The notes under the pieces are model-generated. The model was not told the DNA's origin. It worked only from the letters and a program-made list of their open reading frames with translations, and made no database searches. The translations under genes were made by a program, and so were the position numbers. A stretch of 63,239 nucleotides of DNA, counting the filler, from Octopus bimaculoides (Eukaryota), in the NCBI RefSeq assembly GCF_001194135.2. It is 4 parts of 4 records of this genome, joined end to end, with 100 filler letters (N's around TTAATTAATTAA, not from the genome) between each part and the next. Parts side by side here need not be neighbours in the genome. Positions count along the whole stretch, not along the records: positions 1 to 18,825 come from NC_068983.1; 3 more parts are not named here. One strand, given 5' to 3'. Positions 1 to 11,190 of the stretch are shown here, piece after piece; within the stretch, counting starts at the first letter, position 1, and each line of letters starts with the position of its first letter.

Positions 1-180
1 GAGGAGGAGGGGAGGAGGAGGGGGAAGAGAAGAAGAAGAAGAAGAAAAAGAAAAAAGAAGAAAAGAGGAAGAAGATGAAAAATAGTAAGAACAGCAAGAG
101 GAGGAGGAGGAGGAGGAGGAAGAACAAGAACAAGAACAAGAACAAGAACAAGAAGAACAAGAAGAAGAAGAAGAAGAAAG
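1..180 (+). repeat. (GAG)n/(GAA)n polypurine tract
   Basis: Direct inspection. Confidence 0.98.
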
Positions 181-605
181 GAGTGTGAATGGAATTGAGA
201 TCTAAATTAGCGACGCATTTTCTAGTCGATTATTAAATAGCATCTTTGCTAGAAATACGTCTGCTCAAACTGTTTTCTACAGCCACGTTTTCTGCTGGTT
301 CTCTTGAAGATAGTTCAAAGAATTTTCTTAAAAGATTAAGAAAATGAGGACAGAAATATAATGATATATCTTCAGACATCGTCCGCTATTTCAAGTGGCG
401 AGTGGAAGGAGGAGGAGGAGGAAGTGGAGGAAGTGGAGGAGAAGAAGAAGGTGGAGAAAGAAGAAGAAGACAGTGGAAATCATTACAGATGACAAAGTAT
501 TACACACGTCATACTTCAAACGGATGGTGCTTGATTGCAAACGGTGTTTGGAACAAGTAGATGAGGTAGACGTGTCTTCCTCGAAGTTTAACAAAACATA
601 TTACT

Positions 606-965
606 GGCGCAGGTGTGCCTGCTTCCTAAACACATGGCTCCGGGTTCAGTCCTACTACACGGCACCTTCGATAAGCGTAATAATAATAATAATAATTATT
701 ATTATTATTATTATTATATATTTATGCATATATGCGCGCGTGCATGTATGTGTGTGCCTTTGTGCCTGTGTTTGCCCTGCATTACAGTTTGACAAACGGT
801 GTTGGCTTATTTATGTCACCGTAACTTAGCGATTCGGCAAAACTGACCGATACAATAAGTGCCAGGCTTTAAAGAGTTACTAGGGTTGATTTGTTCGACT
901 AAAAATTCTTGAAGGCGATGCCACAGCATGGCCCCAGTCTATTGACTGAAATAAGTAAAAGATGA
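606..965 (+). mobile_element. SINE family B (tRNA head + CORE-like domain; OR-type CORE-SINE), degraded
   Basis: Head GGCGCAGG...CCGGGTTCAGTCC, GGCACCTT core start and tail CAGCATGGCC..CAGTC..TGACTGAAA, all shared with the copies at 8338 and 14510. Confidence 0.85.
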
Positions 966-1189
966 AAATATAAGTTAGTAATGGTGGTGGTGGTGGTGGT
1001 GGTGGTGGTGGTGGTATTGGCAGTTGTGATGGTAGTAGTAGTAGTAGTAGTAGTGGTAGGGGTAGCAGTAGCAGCTATTATTGTTATATAGCCCGAGGTC
1101 CTCTCTTATGGAACGATAATTCCCATATAGCAATATTTCTATTCAAACCAGGCTTCTCTCTTCAAACACCAATGCGCAATCAGAAATCT

Positions 1190-1705
1190 TATAGCAGGCC
1201 TTTGCCATTCTTGTTTTGTTATCCGTTTGATAATTCTCACCTCGCAGATTCACCCGATGGCCACAACAGAGTTCTCGATCTCAGAATCAGTTCCTTGTGT
1301 GTTGCCTAAAACTTTCGGCACCAATTTGACCCCGCTAGTTTCCGCTGGTTGCAGTTTCCTCTACATCCGGCCACGTGATATGATACTCTCTCATGCATTT
1401 TTCAGTGTTCCTCTCTCTCTTTTCCCCTCAAGTGATGCCCATCTAAAGCTGTTTTGCAATGGGGCTGTTCATATAGCCAAATATATAAAATTCTGTCTGA
1501 GCAAACTGTTGACGTTTCTCTACAATTATTGTACAGTCCGCTACATGTAAAGCTGTGTGTTTCTTCTCTCACAGTGTGAATGTGTGCTGGGAAATCTTAT
1601 TCCGAATGGGGCAGCTTTATATCCCACAACCGGTGCACGAACAAAACTACTCCGGGATTTGAACATTTGGCTTGCTTTTCTTCAGAGCAATCGACCCTGT
1701 CAAAA
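1190..1705 (-). mobile_element. Decayed RTE-clade LINE 3' remnant
   Basis: Minus-strand peptides HRLWDIKL and PIAKQL*MG..EGKR resemble RTE C-terminal motifs (RLW; PKQLLYG..GKR); many stops and frameshifts. Confidence 0.5.
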
Positions 1706-1706
1706 G

Positions 1707-1864
<158 letters not shown>

Positions 1865-2612
1865 CGTTTGCTTTAACAACAATAATAATTGAAAAGCGCG
1901 GCGGTCAGCCAATTGCTCACAGTCGATATCTACGCATGGTGTATGTATTTGATCGATTTAGGAAACTGAATAATAACAAAACTAATTACTTCGGTGGCTG
2001 GATTAATAATCGAGGAATGTGGAACTAAGTATTGTAATGCAGCCATCCACAGAAATATAATTGAAACAATAAAAAAGAATGCCTCTATTCCCAAGACTTT
2101 ATGAAACTACCTAATTATTGTCCATAATTCCAATACCTGAAAACTGGTTCCGAGCGTCCGCAAGCAAATGGTTCCCTCATCTCTTGTATCTTTCTTTCGT
2201 CTTATAATAATAACCAGGACGGATTTTATAAAGCCAGATTTAAGAGACTTGCTCTTCTATGTGTTTAAGCAACAATTAATATTCTCGCATGAGATGTAAA
2301 TGCTGCCGCTCGAAAATTGACCGCCCACGCAAACTCTAAATATTTTATCTTCTACATCTTTTTTGCTGTTCTATGTTTGAAGCATACTCTTATAGACTCT
2401 CTTCAATCCGCAAACCGGCAAATCTGCTAAGCTCTATGATTAGCTAATAAATATCCCATCTTTTCATTCTCTACACGAATGACCTTCACGCTGACATTTC
2501 TAAGAACATTCATTCCTACACAGCTGATATCATTCTTCATTTTTCTTTAGTTTTTTTTCACACATCATGGCTCGCTGTGCAAAATATACATGCTTCAATA
2601 ACAAATGCTGCC

Positions 2613-2672
<60 letters not shown>

Positions 2673-2705
2673 ACGCACAACACACGCACACACATAGATA
2701 ATTGA

Positions 2706-3298
2706 TTTTATATTTTGGCACAGGGCCAGCAAGTTCAACGGAAGGGGTAAGTCGATTACAGCTGGTACTTATTTTATCGACCTCGAAAAGACGAAAGGCA
2801 AAGTCGACTTCGGTGGAATTTGATCTCGGAATGTAAAGACGGACGAAATACTGCTAAGCATTTCAACCAGCGAGCTAACGATTCTTTTCTACTCTAGGCA
2901 CAAGGACCGAAATTTCTGGGGAGGGGGGCAGTCGATTAGATTGACCCCAGTATGCAACTGGTACTTAATTTATCGACCCCGAATGGATGAAAGGCAAAGT
3001 CGCCCTCGGCCGAATTTGATCTCAGAACGTAAAGACAGTCGAAATACCGCTAAACATTTCGCCCGGCCTGCTAACGTTTCTTATTTCTTTATTGCCCACA
3101 AGGGGCTAAACATAGAGGGGACAAACAAGGACAGACAAAGGGATTAACCCAGTTCGTAACTGGTACTTAATTTATCGACCCCGAAAGGATGAAAGGCAAA
3201 GTCGACCTCAGCGGAATTTGAACTCAGAACGTAAAGACAGACGAAATACCGCTAAGCCTTTAGCTCGGCCTGCTAACGTTTCTGCCAGTTCGCCGCCT
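2706..3298 (-). mobile_element. Three head-to-tail SINE family A copies (tRNA head + Meta/MESC-like core)
   Basis: Three repeats of GAGTTCAAATTCCGC..GTCGACTTTGCCTTTCATCCTTTCGGGGTCGATAAA on the minus strand; only the rightmost copy keeps the GGCGGCGA..TGGC head. Confidence 0.95.
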
Positions 3299-3657
3299 TA
3301 CATAAGTATACATTAACACCGTTGCTTGTAAAAAAAAAGATAAAATCGCAGGCAAAATGGATCGTAATCTGACAAAGTAATAAACAGGAAACCATTTATT
3401 GTGGTTCGTCACAGATCTAAAAATAACTCTTTCAAGTCTAGTGAAAGCAAATAAGATGTTCCTAAACATTGTCTGTATAAGACGCCTATTGAGCAATTTC
3501 CATCTTTAAATTGGTAAACGCAATAATAAATTCAACGAAATGGTTAATAAAAAACATTAATTTTTTTTCTTTAGTCGGAGTTTAAAGCAAACTAGAAGAA
3601 GAAAGAACAGATGTCGCTTAAGTATGGATAAAGGACGAGTGAGAGATTGAGTGAGTG

Positions 3658-3712
<55 letters not shown>

Positions 3713-4312
3713 ACAAACTGGAACGTCTAAAAGAACTCATCGTTAAGTTAGACGAACAGAGATTAGTGTTACAGGAAAGGAAGGTTTGCTTTTTTACATG
3801 TGAGTATATGAATGCGGAAACAGATCTTTCGTTAGATCGGATGGTCAATTGAATTGGGAAATTTCCTAAATGATATCTAGATTAATATGTCTACCAGCTT
3901 GCAGATAACATTTTAATGAAATACATGGTATATGTTAAAATCTAAGAAACTGGTTGAAATATATTCTAAAGTGACCAAACAAACTACTGTCGGTGACAAA
4001 ATCTATATACTGACCTCCAAACTGAGATCAATGATATGCTTACACTGCGTTTTTCAACCTTATTTTGAAATAACAGGAAACGTTCGCGAAAGAATAATCA
4101 ATAAATTATGTACCACAATACTACATCATCCAACAACCATGCAATACAGACCCTAACAACATCAGCAGATAGTATCCACGTCCCTTCCAAGAATGACATT
4201 TTTACTGATAGACCCAATTTAATGAGCAAATTTACAGACTGGCCAGTACAACTGTCTAAACTAATAGGACGAAGTTTCTAACTTTTCTTCAATTCCTCTA
4301 AGAAATACCAAC

Positions 4313-4391
<79 letters not shown>

Positions 4392-4665
4392 TAGACAGAC
4401 AGACAGACAGGTAGATAGATAGATAGATAGATAGAGTGAGAGGGAAAGGGAGGGGTCAGATAAAATTGTGTCTAATGATGTAATGTAGTATTTACATAAA
4501 TCCATGTATTAAACTTTTGCTATTACATTTATTCCTTAGTTACGTGCGTTTCGACAATACCTGGTAGTTCTTGGTTTTTGTTCTCATTTGATTAAAAATA
4601 TAAATGATTTTGCAATTTGCAGAAATGCTGACTGAAAATCCAGCTCGGATTAATCTGCTTGTATT

Positions 4666-4702
<37 letters not shown>

Positions 4703-4801
4703 TCATAATAATGATAATAAGAATAATATGCCAAAAGAATGAATGAGAGCCCGATATTATGTAAATAGCAGAAGTTATCGATAAATATATAATACAGGAC
4801 A

Positions 4802-4975
4802 ATCAGTAAGTTGTCATAATAATACTCAGAGTTTCAAATACCATAGCTGAGAGCTTCTAGGTATATTCATCAGTTATTAAGATAGCGTTATTGTCTTAAT
4901 AACTGATGAAAAATGCCTAGAAGGTCTCAGTTATGGTATTTGAAACTCTAAATATTATTATGACAACTGACTGAT
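4802..4975. repeat. Long inverted repeat (arms about 80 bp), each arm containing a hammerhead core
   Basis: 4802-4883 is the reverse complement of about 4893-4975 with scattered mismatches; short central spacer. Confidence 0.95.
4812..4883 (-). ncRNA. Minimal type I hammerhead ribozyme motif, apparently intact
   Basis: TCTTAATAA-CTGATGA-ATATACC..TGGTATTT-GAAAC-TCTGA-GTA-TTATTATGA: stem I 6 bp plus extension, stem II, near-palindromic stem III ACTC-T-GAGT, GUA cleavage triplet. Confidence 0.75.
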
Positions 4976-4996
4976 GGTCCTATATATATATATATA

Positions 4997-5031
<35 letters not shown>

Positions 5032-5161
5032 CGGAGATGTACTTGCATAGCAAGTGACCTGATCGTGTGCTGGAACAAAAGCAATTGCAGCGTGGAAGGT
5101 GTTTCCAAGCCATTTAAAAACATGCAAAAACCGTTAGATTTACTTCAACATTTTAATTTGA

Positions 5162-5212
5162 TTTGCCAAAATATTTTCGTCTCTTTGAGACTGCGACCTG
5201 TTCACTGAGAAA
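5162..5212 (-). ncRNA. Variant hammerhead-like motif with G3:C8 core
   Basis: TTTCTCA-GTGAACA-G-GTCGC-AGTCTCAAA-GAGAC-GAAA-ATATTT-TGGCAAA: stems I and II each have one mismatch; palindromic stem III AATATT. Confidence 0.55.
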
Positions 5213-5551
5213 ATTCCACGTTGTCGTCGATAAACCTGAGCATTGTTGAAAATTAAGTACAGTATAGATCTGTATGTGTGCAAGATGTTATATATATCTC
5301 TGATTAATAATAATCCAGGTTTTCGAGAATAAACGGGTAAACGTTGCCGTCTTACTGGTCCTATGGTTTATGGTGCAATCTAGATATTTTGGTTAGTCTA
5401 CGATGCAAGTGCGCGCGTGCATGCGTGCGTGTGTGTGTCTGTGTGAAAGAGCAAGTACATGAGTGAATCTGAATATGCTGAAAACTTTTCTTTTCTTGAA
5501 GGACTGACATAAATGATATTCACTTCTGACTGGTTTACTCTTCCTTTCCAG

Positions 5552-5692
5552 CTTGCAGAACAACCCCTGTTGGAGGCGATAAAGATTACCCTGGGAGACC
5601 GCTATACCGAAAACATGGACATTATTTATAAACTGGTTATTAGGTTTCTGTTAACAGAAATAACGAAAGCTTGTAGAAATGATGTGTCCTGA
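5552..5692 (+). CDS. Terminal coding exon of a globin (globin X-like/neuroglobin-like), helices G-H
   Basis: Pyrimidine tract + CAG acceptor (ttcctttccag) at 5551; phase-0 exon LAEQPLLEAIKITLGDRYTENMDIIYKLVIRFLLTEITKACRNDVS*. PxLEAxKxTLGDRYTxNM is typical of invertebrate GbX-like globins, and the position fits the conserved G7.0 intron. AATAAA near 5840. Confidence 0.88.
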   Translation, partial: LAEQPLLEAIKITLGDRYTENMDIIYKLVIRFLLTEITKACRNDVS

Positions 5693-5985
5693 TGCCAGGA
5701 TTGAGCAGAATTATTGATTGGTGTGCCAAACCAAAATCTCTCACGCCAAGTAAGATTGTATAGTTTTGATCTAGTGGCCTAGATATCGTCGTCATAAGAA
5801 GAAAGAATATGCCCCTCCCCCACAAAAAATTAAAGCACAAATAAAATTACATAAAAACGAAAAAAAAATTTTCAAAAAATAATACAAAAAATAATTTTAA
5901 ATCATGCCAGTTTTTAAATTCTGCAAACGAAAACTGTATCTAATGGAATCATCAGTTTTAATTGCATACTGTAATTATAATTATT

Positions 5986-6048
<63 letters not shown>

Positions 6049-6205
6049 GTTGTTGTTATCATTATATTTTTCTTTTCAAATTTCCATTCNNNNNNNNNNN
6101 NNNNNNNNNNNNNNNNNNNNNNNNNNNNNNNNNNNNNNNNNNNNNNNNNNNNNNNNNNNNNNNNNNNNNNNNNNNNNNNNNNNNNNNNNNNNNNNNNNNN
6201 NNNNN

Positions 6206-6267
<62 letters not shown>

Positions 6268-6694
6268 TCTTCTCATCTGTTCTTTTGATGTCCTCTTCTC
6301 TATGTGAATGAAGCATTCTCTTGTTCTTTTTCAAACTATTTTGTAAATCATGCAGGAAATAAATGTTTCACAGACATTTTGTTATTTCTTAATATATAAT
6401 TGTTGCTGTGTTTTAACAAACTCTGTACAAAGAAGCGTATCGTCTGCTTTCAAATGAAAAATATATCAATTCGCAATCTATTTCAGAAGAAACAAATATA
6501 ATGGTAAGATACTCGAAAACCAAGAGGTTGCAGAGGTCGAGGAATAAGCTACTGTATTATGGTAAAATTGCTACTGCATCACTAAGCAGAATCCATCAAA
6601 TTTGGTGACAGTTTGAAGAAGTTTATAGTTCTGGTTTTCGTTTCAACTATTTAGGGGGAAACAAAACAATCAAGTCAAATCTTCACATTATTGT

Positions 6695-7645
6695 TTTCAA
6701 ATTTTGGTTCAAAGCCAGTTATTTCGGGGGCAAGTTGATAATCGATTTCATCGACCCCAGTACTCAAATGGTTCTTATTCCATTGACTGCTAAATGATAA
6801 CAAACAAATTTGACCTCCGTGGAATTTGAACGCAGAAACGTAATGACTAACGCTTCTGCCAGCCCGCTGCCTTCGCGTTGTTGGTCTTAAATTTTTGGCA
6901 CAAGGCCAGCAATTTCGGGTGAAAGAATAAGTCGATTCTATAAACAACAGTATTCAACTGGTTCTTATTTTATCGACCACCAAAGAATGGAAGGCAAAGT
7001 CAACCCTGGCAGTATTAGATATGTCTAGAATATTGGTTTCAAATGTTGGCACAAGTGCAGCAATTTCTTGACACGGGTTAAGTCGATTACATCAACCCCA
7101 GTACTTGACTGGTATTTATTTTATCGACCTCGAAATGATGAAAGGATAGTAATTAAGCATAAGGAGAGGGAGTTTGATTAAATCTACTTTATTTCATCGA
7201 CCCAGATAGGATGAAAAGTAGAGGTGACTTTGGAGGGATTTGAACTCCGAACTTAAAGGATTGTAACGTAGTACATCAAATTCGGGCGAGGGTCTATTTT
7301 TTCGATCTGGCGTCAATGAAAATTGAAGTCTGGTCAGATACTCTTTTATTTGTTACTAAAAGACTTGAAGTACAAGTTATTAATGCCTCAGTTAACTTCA
7401 CCTGCTTAAACTATATTCATCATCCAATGAGGATAATATTGAAATCAAATCTTGACTCAAGGCTAGCAGTTGGAGGAGGGGATGGCTAGTCGATTGTATC
7501 GAACCCATTTACGCAACTGGTACTCCTTTTATCGACTCCCAAAAGGATGAAAAACAAAGCCGTCCTCGGCAGAATTTGATCTCAAGACCTGAAGACGGAC
7601 CAAATGCCCTCAAGTATTTAACGTGCTAAGGATTCTGCCAGTCTT
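6695..7645 (-). mobile_element. Cluster of five degraded, co-oriented SINE A copies or fragments
   Basis: Repeated TGGTACTTATTTTATCGACC..GGATGAAAGGCAAAGTCGAC-like cores near 6750, 6960, 7110, 7190 and 7520. Confidence 0.85.
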
Positions 7646-8337
7646 GAAATGGGGAAAATGAGGAGGAGGATGAGGAGGAGGAGGGGAGGTTAGAAACTGG
7701 AAGAGAAATACGAACAAGGAAGGATGACGATGATGATGACGATGGCAGTGGTGGTGGTGGTGATAATGATATATGTGACAATATGTGTAAACTTAGGCAA
7801 GTAAACAGGCATTAATTTATTTTAAACAACTGGAGCGTTAAATGACATAATTATTGAAGTTTCATCAGCTTTTATTGGCCTTTGTTTTTCTGAAAACCAT
7901 TGTATATTTTGTGCCGGAAGTTAGACTGGTGAGGCAACGTTGAATATGGCGTCCTCACTAGAAACATAAAGCTACCCAGACATGAAACATAGATTCCTGT
8001 TCTAAAAGGATTCAGTTTTAATAACAAAGTCGTTTGGTCGCTCATTTAAAATATTGTGCAGAGGCAATGATTATCATCGCTGTTCTATTCAAATCTACAG
8101 AAAGAAAAGAAAACAGATCACCGGGGGGTGGGGATAAACGAGCATTTACGTTCTTCATACTTTATATCATTGTTTCTTTTAAGTTTTTAGCTGCTTTTAG
8201 TTAGTTTTTAGCGCCTCAAAGACTACTTTAGCCGTTTCCATAAAAAAATATTCCGGTAACATTTCATCGAGAGATGCAAAATGTCGGAAATATCAAGCCA
8301 TGTGACCATCAAATTCTTGTGTGATTATTTATGTGTG

Positions 8338-8740
8338 TATTGGAGTGGCTATGTGATACGTAGCTTGCTTATCAACCACATGGTTCCGGGTTCAGTCCCA
8401 CTGTGTGGCACCTTGGGCAAGTGTCTTCTACTATAGCCTCGGGCCGACCAAAGCCTTGTCAGTCGATTTGGTAGACGGAAACTGAAAAGAGCCCGTCGTA
8501 TATATGTATATGTGTGTGTGTGTGTGTTTGTGTGGCTGTCGCACCACCATCGCTTGACAACCGATGCTGGTGTGTTTACGTCTCCGTAACGTAGCAGTTC
8601 TGCAAAAGAGGCCGATAGAATAAGTACTAGGCTTACAAAGAATAAGTCCTGGGGTCGATTTGTTCGACTAAACGTGGTGCTCCAGCATGGCCGCAGTCAG
8701 ATGACTGAAACATATAAAAGAATAAAGAATAAAAGAATAT
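8338..8740 (+). mobile_element. SINE family B, near full length
   Basis: A/B-box head, GGCACCTTGGGCAAGTGTCTTCTACTATAGCC core, internal (TG)n, tail GGTGCTCCAGCATGGCCGCAGTCAGATGACTGAAAC, (AAAGAAT)n end. Confidence 0.95.
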
Positions 8741-8884
8741 ATTTCATCTTTCACATTACTTACTTCCAATGCTGGGTTTAATTCTGTCACGAACGCTAGA
8801 CAAAATTCTTCTTCTTATTCTTCTTCTTCTTCTTCTTCTTCCCTTGCATTGAATCCATCTTTACATGCTACTAATGTATTATTG

Positions 8885-9650
8885 AGTAAATAACTGGCAC
8901 CATGTCGGTTTCGACGATGAGCAAGACAGTTAATCCGATGAACGGAATAGTCTGCTCCTGAAATTAATGTACGCGTGACGAAGAATGTGACAAAGCTTGT
9001 CCCTTTGAATTAGACACACACACAGACACACACACATATGTACATGCATACATACACTCACACCGGAGGCGAGCACCTTTCTCCATGTGATCGGCTTGAA
9101 AAATTGTTACGATGCTAGAATATTTTTCCTGCTTTTCTTAATATGAAACCAATGGTGGGCTTAATTCACAAATAAAGTAATTATATATCTACCAATGCGG
9201 TGTTGAATTTCATCGTTCGACATTTACGTATGAAAGCTTACGTATACACACGCACACAAACGCGCGCGCACACAAACGCGCGCGCACACACTCACATACA
9301 CATATACATGCGTGGGTATGGATGTTCGTTTATGCGTGTGTATGTGTGTGTGAGCGCGTGAATTTATGTTTATCTTGAATGAGAAGACGCCAGTGGCTGG
9401 TGTAGATATGGAAAAAATTAAAACGCGAACATCTGCAAATATTCTATATTAATATAAATTTAAATTAATTAATTAATTTATTTATAGCAATTAATTATAT
9501 AAATTTATATTAATATATTACTATAGTTACAACTCATTTTTGCTATCTGAATGAACCGAACCAAGATGAAATAAAGTGCATTGCTCAAGGACACTACACG
9601 CTGTCGAAAATTGAACCCATGACACACACACTACCAGAAACACTGAGCCA
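8885..9650 (-). mobile_element. Split, degraded SINE family C (3' part about 8885-9010, head about 9560-9650)
   Basis: Similar to the intact copy at 31900-32178 (GAAATAAAGTG..TTGCTCAAGGACAC; GTCGGTT..GACGA..AACGGAA). Confidence 0.6.
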
Positions 9651-9669
9651 CTCACATTACTGCGAATGT

Positions 9670-9886
9670 AAAAGGCGGCGAGCTGGCAGAAACGTTAGCA
9701 CGCCGGGCGAAATGCTTATCGGTATTTCATTTGTCTTTACGTTCTGAGTTCAAATTCCGCCGAGTTCGGCTTTGCCTTTTATCCTTTCGGGGTTGATAAA
9801 TTAAGTACTAATTGTGTGCTGGGGTCGATCCAATCGACTGGTCTCTTCCTTCAAAATTTCGGGCCTTGCGCCTAGAGTAGAAAAGA
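9670..9886 (+). mobile_element. SINE family A, full length with TSD
   Basis: Complete head to CCTAGAGTAGAAAAGA tail; TSD CTGCGAATGT at 9660-9669 and 9890-9899. Confidence 0.97.
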
Positions 9887-10401
9887 TTCCTGCGAATGTG
9901 ATGACGTAATAAGCTCGCGTTTCCAAAATGTCGCAACACTCGTCACACAGATTTGTTCAGCCTGCTAGCAAATGATGGTAAACAAAGAGGTTTCTCAATA
10001 ATAAATATTATCAAATATTAATAAAACTGCGGATGATTGTCTAGCAAAATGAAATTTAATTATTTACCAAGATTTAGTTTTATGATACTTTGATATGAGG
10101 AAGGTACCTGTGCGTGTAGGAAAACTCGCCCACTTTTACATTGAGATTTGGTGTTCAGTTGCTCCCACAAATCACAGCCTAGCGGTAAGTACTGACTGAT
10201 CTCCAATATATATAGATATAGATAAAGAAATAGAGAGAGAGAACGGGAGGAGAAACGTGGGATGGAGTATCGCTGAAGCGGTCACAGGAAGTGTGACGAC
10301 AGATTTTACGCAATGGGCACTAAAATAAGAATACTAATAACTCTGAAGTGAAGACCAAGTGTGGTCAACTGGCAAATATATTACCATCCACAAATATCAC
10401 A

Positions 10402-10439
<38 letters not shown>

Positions 10440-10511
10440 AGATATAAGTATATATGTGTGCGTGTGAGTGTGTGTGTGTATAAATATATAAAAATTAATA
10501 TATTTATACAT

Positions 10512-10550
<39 letters not shown>

Positions 10551-10991
10551 TATATATATGCGTGGGTAGGTGTGTTTGCTCGTGTGTGTGTGTGTGTGTG
10601 CACGTGTGTGTGTGCACGTGTGTGTGTGTGTGTGTGTGTGAATTTATGGTTATGTTGAATGAGAAGAAGCACGAAGCTGGAGTAGATATGGAAAAAAAAT
10701 TAAAAGCCGAACATCTGCAAACATTTTATATCAATATATTTCAAACGAAAATCAAAGTGATTTCATATGTCACACGGTAGTTATTAAAAACCGTTATCTC
10801 AACTGTAAAACTCGTGCATCTTTAAATAAGCGTCTACCGATCATAAAATCAAAGATATTTGAATGCATGTTTTATGGTGAAATTAGTTAAATCAGACAGA
10901 ATGGCAGTACATTTGTTGGGGTTTGTACAATATTTACATTATTTATATTTGACGGATATTTGTCCTCATCTTGCTTGTTGTTTACCACTAC

Positions 10992-11070
10992 GGTATATGG
11001 CGTAGTGGTTAAGAGCGCGAGCTACTAATCCCAGGATTCCGAGTTCGATTCCAAGCAGAATAATAATAAC
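10992..11070 (+). mobile_element. tRNA-derived SINE head with intact Pol III A and B boxes, followed by (AAT)n
   Basis: A box TGGCGTAGTGG 10998-11008; B box GAGTTCGATTCC 11041-11052; no acceptor stem. Confidence 0.75.
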
Positions 11071-11071
11071 A

Positions 11072-11110
<39 letters not shown>

Positions 11111-11112
<2 letters not shown>

Positions 11113-11190
11113 GTAATCCCTCGACTATCGCGAGTGTTACGTTTCAAAGACCCCGCGATAGGTGATACGCGATATGGCGAGAGATTACTG
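11111..11190. mobile_element. 80-bp Tigger/pogo-like MITE
   Basis: Terminal inverted repeats (TIRs) of about 22 bp: CAGTAATCCCTCGAC-TATCGCG and the reverse complement of CGCGATATGGCGAGAGATTACTG; TA TSD not clean. Confidence 0.75.

Noticed and set aside
3655-4156. Coiled-coil-like ENNKLERLKELIVKLDEQRLVLQERK and the neighbouring ORF as globin exons
   Set aside because: No globin motifs and no acceptor (it starts in a GA repeat); surrounding frames are full of stops. At most a decayed TE ORF
10120-10190. Possible exon ending at GCG|GTAAGT
   Set aside because: Weak acceptor and unrecognisable peptide
10992-11060. tRNA gene
   Set aside because: A and B boxes are present but there is no acceptor stem or proper cloverleaf, and it runs into (AAT)n, so it is a SINE head
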